A DNA stretch of 63,723 nt, counting the filler, from Reclinomonas americana ATCC 50394 (Eukaryota): the NCBI GenBank assembly GCA_048213135.1. It is 16 parts of 16 records of this genome, joined end to end, with 100 filler letters (N's around TTAATTAATTAA, not from the genome) between each part and the next. Parts side by side here need not be neighbours in the genome. Positions count along the whole stretch, not along the records: positions 53,951 to 55,902 come from AFZH01018399.1; positions 56,003 to 60,588 come from AFZH01018400.1; positions 60,689 to 63,723 come from AFZH01018401.1; 13 more parts are not named here. One strand, given 5' to 3'. Positions within the stretch are counted from its first letter, which is position 1. Each line of letters opens with the position of its first letter. Under the pieces are notes generated by a model. It ran no database searches. It was not told the DNA's origin and saw only the letters and a program-made list of their open reading frames with translations. This document shows positions 55,001 to 63,723 of the stretch, one piece after another. The translations under genes and the position numbers were made by a program.

Positions 55001-55143
55001 AACGTTCATCCTGTTGGCGGAACGGCTTGTGTGTGACATCGTTTTTTGCTGTGCAGGCTGTCATACCGCTACTGGCGGAGGAGAGGTCTCTGTCGTCGAC
55101 GGATGCCGGATCGGGGCCGGAGAGACCAAAGTCGAGTGCATGA
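52064..55143 (+). CDS. Degenerate NACHT-like domain followed by a divergent beta-propeller
   Basis: VLVILGAPGCGKR (53042-53065), IPLRVHLP, LAILADSYDD..NPINLY and YFTP motifs parallel those of the NACHT at 4.5 kb. After a gap come propeller blades GVAVSPLGTLALV, QMTFDARGNFLLV, SVAFSPNSRLLAVG...LRVW and GFGWTHDSTALVV. Start codon uncertain; joining across the gap inferred. Confidence 0.65.
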
Positions 55144-55397
55144 AAACCAACAATACTGAACGCAATCGATTGGTTTCTGCTCAACACAGACGTCGTCTCC
55201 ATGCCAGGTTGCTGCACTCTGTCAACTAGAAGCATGCTTGCCCGGGTTAATAGCCGGAAGTTGTCAGGGATGCATTGATCGAGCTCGGCCTCGGACTCGG
55301 GACATATGAATCATTGTGTCGAAGACTTGGGACGTGCGCAGAGATCACCCCCCCTCTCTCGCCTCTCCCCCTCGGTGCTTCACGCTCACACACCACC

Positions 55398-57595
55398 ATG
55401 GAGTTGGTGCAGTCGCTGCGGTGAGCAAAGCAGTCAGTCAGTCTCCCTCCACCTCACTCTGTCTCACGCACACTCTGCAGTGATCCCTCTCTCAGCACCA
55501 ACGAGGTCGAGGACCTCTTGTTGCGGTTTCGTCGGTGGGCGCTCTGTTGGAACGGCTCCGCCAGCAGTGTGCATGGCAGTGCCAGTGCAAGCACTCGAAG
55601 TGCGGGTGTGGCCGAAGAGTTCTTTGCGGCACTTGCTCAGGCCAGCGCGCGTGTGTGGGAGTCCGATGATTGGGTTGCGTGCTGCACACACTTACACGCA
55701 CACACACACGCACACACTTGCACACACACTCTCTCTGATCTTCACACACGCGCGTGTCTTGTTTTCGATGTAACGCTCGCTGATCATATGTCTCACTCTC
55801 TCACCAACACACAGTCGTGCCGCCTGTGCGAGATCCTGTACCGCATTCTATCGCGCGGCGGCATTCCCTTCCAGTCTGCCTGTGCCAAGACACCCGAACT
55901 AGNNNNNNNNNNNNNNNNNNNNNNNNNNNNNNNNNNNNNNNNNNNNTTAATTAATTAANNNNNNNNNNNNNNNNNNNNNNNNNNNNNNNNNNNNNNNNNN
56001 NNCGTGTTTGCTCTTTGGCTGCGCTCCCCCAGTGATCGTTTCCTCTCTCGCACCTCGCAGACGAATGCATCGCCGCCATGCGCGTGGCCGACGCCAGCGC
56101 GGTGGCACAAGGTCTGCTGGCCATCGGGGTCGACATGATGAGCAGCAGTCGACAGCGCGAGCAGTTTGAGAGGACGCTGGCGGAGCTTGCCTTGCGCCTC
56201 GCCGACACTGGTCTGTGATACGCACGCTGCCTTTCCACTTTTTCTTCTTCCTGCTGCTGACTCTGTCCCCTCCAGCACCGGGCAAGAGAATAGACCCCGC
56301 GCGCCGATTGCGAGTGGTCCAGGAGATTGTGGAAACGGAGCGCTCGTACGTCGACGGCTTGTGGATGTTGCACAATGTCTTCAATGTGCCCCTCAAGACG
56401 GCCGAGTACTTTGGCGTGCGGTCCGTGTCGCGCGAGCGCGCGGCGGCCGCCTTTGCCGGCTTTGAAAACATTCACCGACTGCACTGCTCGCTGCTGGCCT
56501 TGCTGGAGGATCGCTTCCGCAAGTGGGATTTGCGGCGGTCGTGCGTCGGCGACCTGTTTGAGGAGACGGTGGAGAGTTTCTGGGCCTACACCGACTACAT
56601 CAACCACTACATGCGTGGCCTGACGGCCATTCACGACCTGCGACGCAGCAGCGCCGACTTGGAGCGGTTCATGAAGGTGCGAGGCGAGAGATTGTGTGTC
56701 GCTGCTGCCTGCTGCCGTGCCTCATATTATTTGTCTGCCTGCGCAGGAGGTGGAGTTCACGGAGCGCTGCGCGGGCGGCAATTTTGACTCGTTGTACGTG
56801 ACGCCGATTCAGCGCATTCCACGATATCGCCTCCTGCTGCAGTCGCTGCTCGATGTCACCCCCGCCACGCACCCCGATCACAAGCACGTGGCGCGCGCCC
56901 TCGATTCCGTGGCGCGTCTGTGCGAGCAGCTGAATGAGCTGAAGAGACGAGCTGACGACCGCGCCAAGATGATTGAGCTGCAGGAGATTTTGCACGACGT
57001 TCTGCAAAAGGCGGGACACGCCGGCAAGCTGGAGAGTGGCGGTCGGACATTTTTGCTGGAACGGCACTTCACCATGGTGCAGCACCGTGGCAAGCGACAG
57101 CCGGTCACCTGCTACGTCTTCAACGACATGTGCGTCGTCATTACGCGCTCCCGCAGCAGCACCAGCAGCGGCACAAGCGGCCTCTCCAACACTCCCAAGA
57201 CCTCCACGCCGATCAAGGCACAAGCACTCGTGACGATTCTGGCGATGAACGAGCTACTAGCCGAGGCCATGGTGCAGAGTGGACGCACGGTGAAGGTGTG
57301 TGGGAGAGGAGGAGGCTGGCAGGAGATGACAACCTTGTTTCTCACTCGACAGTGTTGTTTGGTGTAGGTGGCTCGCACCGATGGTCGCGGTGTGTTGGAG
57401 CTGGAGGCCGACTCGGACGCGGATGCGCAGCAGTTTTTCGCTCGCCTGGTCAGCCTCATGCCCGTGCAGCGCACGTACTCGACACAGTCGGTGTCGACGC
57501 TGCCGGTGAGCACGACAGCACCGAGCTCGTTGACGCCGAGCATGCTTGTGAACGCAGTGTCGCCGCCACCACCGTCGGTGGTTGGCATGATGTGA
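55398..57595 (+). CDS. Dbl-family RhoGEF (DH-PH) with N-terminal helical extension
   Basis: RLRVVQEIVETERSYVDGL, VGDLF, YTDYINHY, SLYVTPIQRIPRYRLLLQSLL..TP..HPDH, PH start CYVFNDMCVVI. Confidence 0.92.
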
Positions 57596-57725
57596 TGCGG
57601 AAAGGATGGATGTGGATGTGGAATTGTTAATTGTGGTGTGGCTGTATAAGTACGTTTGTTAGAACCTCAAAAGATAATAATGAAGATGAATGAATGTGTC
57701 GCTCTCTGTCTGTATTGCGTTGCAG

Positions 57726-60700
57726 CTAGGTAAGGTCGGGCCGCAGTGACCAGCGACCGTTCTGCAGCTTGGCCACACGCTGCAGCATGGCCTTGAAGAG
57801 GGCCTTGTCCTTGCCCATGCTGCCGACACGAGGCTCAAAGTGGTCGATCAGGTCCTGCGTCGGCACGCCCACGGTGCCATGATCGACCATGAATTGGCGG
57901 ATCTCGCCGGCCAGCGTGCTCGGATCCACACTCCACTGCATCCGGGCTGCCGACGTCGCTTGCATGGACTCGACACTGGCAATGGTGGTCTGAGAGAACG
58001 AGAGAGGGAGACGGAAGAGTCAGCCATTCGAAAAATATCAATACTCGATGACCTTCCGTACCTTTTCCGCCTGCTGCTGGTAACCAGCCAACACATCTGC
58101 GCTGGTGAGCGATGTCGAACGAGTGCTGCTCAAGCCTCCAGCACCGGCAAACAGTTGGTCGTCCTGGTCGGGAGGGGGGGGGGAAGAATAGGAGTAAGAA
58201 TGTAGGAGCAGCGAGGAGAGTCGCAAGAACGCCATTGTCGCAACTTGCGACATTGGTGACGGCGTCGACAAGGACGGCGACGGCGAGCTGCTGGTGCGTG
58301 ATATGACTGACGAGTGGACCGGTGGGGCCGAGAACACGGGTGGGGCCACGTGCTTCTGTCCGAATCGCGGACGGTTCGGCGCGCCTGCGGCTCCCGAGCG
58401 ACCGGTCCACGTCGGCACTCCCATGCCAGCAGAACGCACCGTCTGTCGACTTTGTCGGAGTGCAGTAGCCGCCTTTTGTGCGGCCGCTTTCGCTGCGCCC
58501 ATCGTGCTCAAAATGTGACTGCCAACGACGACGATGAACAGTGACGACGCACCCTCCATCTCTACAATGATGCGTTCCGGCTGAGCGGCCGTCAACACCT
58601 TGTCGTGCGAGACGACAGAGTGCACGCTGTTGCCCTCGAGAATGCGCTTGAGAATGTTGGTTTCGCTGGCCGCCGCCGATTTCCTGTGCGCACACAGTCA
58701 GTGTCAATCACTCACCTCAGTCCTCGACCAATCACCACTCAACTTGGAGGAAGCCTTCTTCTCCAGCGGCGCACCTCCATCCACGCCTGCAGGTGCCTTT
58801 TCTCCTCCTTCCCCCTCCTCACCTTCATCACTGCACGGTCAATGGCGAAAAGATCAACAAACACTGACGACCGGTGCGAGGTGACGTGAGACGAAAGCCA
58901 CGCACCCGACGTACTCCTCCACGGCACACACCCCGGCCACTTGCGCCACACCATCAGTATCGTTGGCTGGCCGACGGAATACGGCTGCACTCGCCTCCAT
59001 GGCGGCCATCGCACGACTCACGGCCTCGGCTCGTCTCTTCTGCTCCACTTCCCGATGGTAGCCAGGTCGACGTGGAGCACGCGGACCACGCGGCTTGGCG
59101 GCTTCTGCACTGGCCGCTGCGTCGCCACTGCCGTCGTCCTTTTTCTTGGCAGACGGAACCCACGACGTCGCAACATAGTCCTCCGCCGCCTCCACTGCAC
59201 CTCCTCCAGCAGGCGGTTCAATCTCCTGCACATCCGGCACCTCCATATCTGCTGCTGCTTCCTCTTCCTCCTCCTCCTCCACCGCCGCCGCCGCCGCCGC
59301 CGCCGCATGCCGCTCGGACATGCGCACCGAGCGTAGACTCGAGCGAATGGCTGTGGAGGGAGGGGTGATAAGAGATCAGAAGCCTGCACAGCACTGACTG
59401 CCGATCGCACCTTCCTCGACTTGATCGTCCTCTCCCGACGAGTCGTCGGAATCGAGCTTGACGCCGGCTTCCTCCAGCAACTTGCTCGTCTCCGTCTTGT
59501 CGTCGTACTGCGTGCCGAGGGTGAACAGATCACGAATGTCGTGCGACTCAAAGATGCGCTTCTGTCGCGGGTCGTCCAGGATCTTCTCTGTCAAGAAGTG
59601 CTTGAAGATCTGTCGATGGTACATCTTCTCCTCGATGGTGCCGGCAGTGACCAATCGGTAGATGGTCACATCGCGTCGCTGACCCAGTCGCCAGGCGCGC
59701 TCACGTGCCTGCATGTCCACCGATGGATTCTGCCGACGAGAACACAAGAGGGGTCAGCGACACGCAAGCGAGCCAAACGTCGACGCGCAGAAGCATACCC
59801 AGTCGGGATCGTAGAGAATGACGCGATTGGCGCCGGTAAGATTGATGCCAAGACCACCCACACGGGTGGTGAGCAGAAACACCTGGATGGAGTCGTCGTT
59901 GTTGAACTCGTCGACCAGAGGAATGCGCTGGCCAATGGGCGTGTCACCATCCATGCGCCGGAACGAGTAGCCGGCGCGCGCCACCATCAATTGCAGAATG
60001 TCGAGCATCTGCTTGGTCTGCGAGAACAGCAGGATGCGATGCTTCTCTTCGGTCCACAGACGCAGCAGTTCGCGCACGACCACCATTTTCCCGGAGCGCT
60101 CAGGCTTGCCGTACTTGTGCGGCTGCGAGCACTCAAAAGAGTGAGTGACCTGTGCAGAGCAAATCAAGCATACGCGGAAGCAAACCAGCGCCATGCGACT
60201 CTCGAGGTACAGCAGGTCGGGGTGGTTGCAGATCTTGCGCAGCACGGTGAGAGCGTGGAAAATCTTATATCTGCCCTCCAGCACGTCCTCGACTTCTTTT
60301 GATTGCAGATACTCGCGATAGATGCCGGCCTGATGGTCGGTGAGCTTGCAGAAGAGCACCTGTCGGTGCGATGAGAGTGAGATATGCGTGTGATGACTCT
60401 GACTGGTCGCTGCACTCCACAAACCTGCTCGTTCTTCTGCGGCAATTGCGACAAGACGTCCTTTTTCACACGTCGCAGCAGGTACGGATTGATCAGATCG
60501 CGCAACACCAGCGCACACTTGTAGGCCACTTGCACTTGCTTGAAGGTGGCGTTGGAGAAGCCGCCGAGTGAAATCGGGATGGCGAACTNNNNNNNNNNNN
60601 NNNNNNNNNNNNNNNNNNNNNNNNNNNNNNNNTTAATTAATTAANNNNNNNNNNNNNNNNNNNNNNNNNNNNNNNNNNNNNNNNNNNNGGAGTCGCACCG

Positions 60701-60835
60701 CCAGTGGCCATCGAAACACACACCATCTCATCGCCAATAATGCCGCCTGCATTCTGGCAATGCAACTCCCACATCCATTGCACACCTGCGGCGCGCAGCG
60801 AGTGAACACACAGCGACAAGTGATCTCCGACAATC

Positions 60836-60881
<46 letters not shown>

Positions 60882-62464
60882 GTCCGCTGGTACTCAAACA
60901 GCGAATCGAACGTCTGCTTGCTGATGCGAAGACCCCCTTCAAACACCACATCGTCGTCATCGTCGTCGCCAATCTGCTCCTCATCCCCATCTTCCAGTTC
61001 CACCATTTCCTCCTCCTCCTCGTCCTCTTCCTCCTCCTCTTCTTCGTCGCGCATGCCTGCATCGTGCTGACCGCTGCCACTGCCTGCCGCAACAGCCGCA
61101 AATGATCTCTCCAGCTTGCGCCGAGCAGCAGCTGCCGAGCCTCCCTTCTTCTTGCGTTTCGCTCTCTTCTCCACTGCAGCATCGTCGGCGTCGTCCACAT
61201 CAATGGCTCGTTCAGGAGCGCGTTTCTTCCGACGCTTGCGCTGCGGACTGCCGTTCGCCTTGTCCAGCAACAGACGTGCACGCTTGCGGCTGTCCAGACG
61301 CAGTGTCACCAGTTCACTGTCGGAGGCTGGATCGTCGGGGTCGAATTCGTTGCGCAGCGACACGGTGTTGACGGCGCCAGTGCGGTTGTGTAGACCCATG
61401 GTGGGAAGGAAGCCGGTGCGTGCAACCTCCACGGCTGCACGATGTGTGAATACACACTGCGTGCAGACGAGGAGCGAGGGTGGGGATTACCTTTCTCCTT
61501 CAGGTGCGCCGTTAGTACCTGCACTGCGGCCGGTCCCTTGTTGGGATTCGCATCCGGCAGCACCAGACTGCGCAGCCGATCCGACATGGTTGAACTGCCG
61601 CTTGCTGCTGATGCAGTGGTGGTGGTCGTCGTCGTTGTTGTAGTTGTGGTGGTGGACGTGGACAAAGAGCCCTCCGCGGAATGAGCAAAGGGCGTGACAA
61701 GACCGCGGCGAACGCGACTCTCGCGCTCCGCGTTGCCACCGGGGACTGCGTGGAGGAGTGTGAGAAGATGTACAGCGCGCGAGACGGAAGCGACACAACT
61801 GTTGCCACGAGCGAGCTCACGCTGCTGCGCAAACACACGACGCATGCCGGCCTCCTTGCGCTGCAACTTGTCGACCTTTTCACGCTGCAGAAATCGTGGG
61901 TGAGTGAGCCAAGCGGGCCAGCAGGTGACTGATCAACACTCACCGTCGTCTTGAGCTGCGCTTGCAGCTGCCGCATGGTGTTGGCGTCGGGTTTGCCGGT
62001 CAGCATCTTCTCGAGTCGCGCCAGGTACTGCACGCAAAGCAACGCGTCAGACTGTGGAAAGAGAGGAGAGAGAGAAGCAGGATGCCAGGTCGGACTCACT
62101 GTCTCCGCGGCCTCGCGCTCCTTGCGCACGGCACCCACATGCTTCTCTTCACGCGCCGCATCCGCCGCGTCCAGCTTCTCATCCATCTGTGCACGGGATC
62201 AGCTGACAAGATCACTCTGCACATCGTCAGATCGCCACTCACCTGCTGTCGCACAGAGCTCTCCACGTCCTCCACTCGCACCGCATTCACCCCCAGCATG
62301 GACAGTACGCGATCAGACGAGGCATCGTTCTTTGAGGCATCGTCGTCTCCATCATCTTGCGGTGCTGCTGCTGCGCCTGTCGGCTGGATGACACCCTCGC
62401 GTCGCAAACGAAGGAACTCGCGCAGGGAAACACTCCCACGTGGCGCAGGAAGCCCGTCGTCCTC

Positions 62465-62467
<3 letters not shown>
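57726..62467 (-). CDS. ERCC6: SNF2-family transcription-coupled repair ATPase CSB/Rad26
   Basis: [127 protein letters not shown] and a C-terminal winged helix FKAMLQRVA. Confidence 0.95.
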
Positions 62468-62495
<28 letters not shown>

Positions 62496-62650
62496 GCGAA
62501 AGATCGAATCGAGATTTGATCGTTGCTAGCGGTCGATGTCGACTTGCCACACGGAGCTTCGGAGACAACACCGTATACGTAAGGGCAACCTTCATGCAGG
62601 GAGAAACGCACTCCGCTCTTACGCCTTGCCGTTTTTAATGTACATTTTTT

Positions 62651-63635
62651 CTACCTGCCAAACCTCTGATCGCACTTGGCGTACGCCACCAATGCCTCCT
62701 GCAAGTGGATCGGCCCGAACGTCGCCAGATCGCGGGAGAAGCTGTGGCGCAGGCGCATATGAGACTCGCCCTCTGCACAAAACAGGTGGGACCCACACGC
62801 AACGCGATCTCCGCCAGTCGGAGATGTAGTGGCGGAAAGCCGAGCACCGAAGGCACCCCATCGGTGAGCGCCACGAGCAGATCGACGTCCTCGAAGCCCA
62901 GGTTGAGTTGCCGCATGAGGTCCACACTCTGCAGGGCCGGTGCTCGTCGGCCCTCCGCCTGCAACAGCGAAGAACACAGTCAGTCACACGCCGACGTTCT
63001 CTGTCAGTGTCGACGGTCACCTCTGCGGCCATTCCCTGCGCCACCATCTCCACCGCTCGCTGCTTCGAGTGGCGACAGTTGATGCACACCACCGACACCG
63101 ATGCCAGTCCCGTGGCTGCGGTCACCAAGGCCGTGATCCTCTGCGACGCGGTCTCCAGCTGCTCCACACTCGTGTTCTCCTCGTGCGCGTACAAGACAAC
63201 AATCTTCACGCCTGCGTACGCTGCCCACGAGCACACATCCACCAGACGCTGCGTGAGAGGAGATGTGCTCGCGGTGGCAGGCTGGCACAGAGGCTGCAGA
63301 GGAGCGACGGAGGGTAGCACAAAGGCGAGTGTGGCGGGCACCTTGTCCAGCGAGGCGCGCAGTGTGCGGAAGCGCACGATGCTCGGGTCTTCAGAGGAGC
63401 CGGGGATGGGCGCGAAACGGTTGCGATGCAGTGCCTGTGACACGTGTGTGTTTGTGAGGCAAAGAAGGGAAGAGAAAAGAGTGTGCAAGAGAGAGGGAGA
63501 GAGAGTGCATGCCTCGCTGATGCGTCCCCACAGTCGCCAGCATTGATGACATAGCCAGTAGACGACAAAGCCAAGCACCCACAACAGGGCAAAGGGCGAC
63601 AGCCTCTGCCACCACTTGCTCAGCTGTTGTCGCAT
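62651..63635 (-). CDS. NUS1: Nogo-B receptor / dehydrodolichyl diphosphate synthase accessory subunit
   Basis: N-terminal hydrophobic segment, KVPATLAFV, WAAYAGVKIVVLY, DLLVAL...LGFPPLHLRLAEI and C-terminal YAKCDQRFGR* (RxG motif). Confidence 0.85.
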
Positions 63636-63723
63636 GTGATGTAGTAGGACCCTTTATGTCGCAACGCTTTCACTCATCAAACACGCCCCACTGTGGACGC
63701 TGTGGGGCGGCCGCAGCACCTCC

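Overview
Scaffold from a gene-dense, intron-rich eukaryote, probably a protist; the taxon cannot be determined from sequence alone. It is broken by fifteen artificial 100-nt N gaps, each carrying TTAATTAATTAA. Several genes (SF3A2, ERCC6, the Na+/H+ exchanger, a coiled-coil gene) read through these gaps, so contig order looks real. Recognisable housekeeping genes are a GNAT acetyltransferase, a giant coiled-coil protein, a CPA1 Na+/H+ exchanger, a TPR-like+PH protein, SF3A2 and CDC5L head-to-head, an EF-hand protein, a DH-PH RhoGEF, ERCC6/CSB and NUS1. The most striking content is a set of NLR-like STAND genes. One is a ubiquitin-like + HEPN (RxxxxH) + NACHT + pentapeptide + WD40 protein with a stand-alone WD40 gene of the same repeat family just upstream. 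The second is an NB-ARC-type ATPase with at least 12 similar 42-aa TPRs and an in-frame TAG. The third is a NACHT-propeller paralogue with degenerate Walker motifs. There is also an ammonium transporter fused to about 9 ankyrin repeats whose second pore histidine is replaced by Gln. All exon structures were inferred by eye and no database searches were run.
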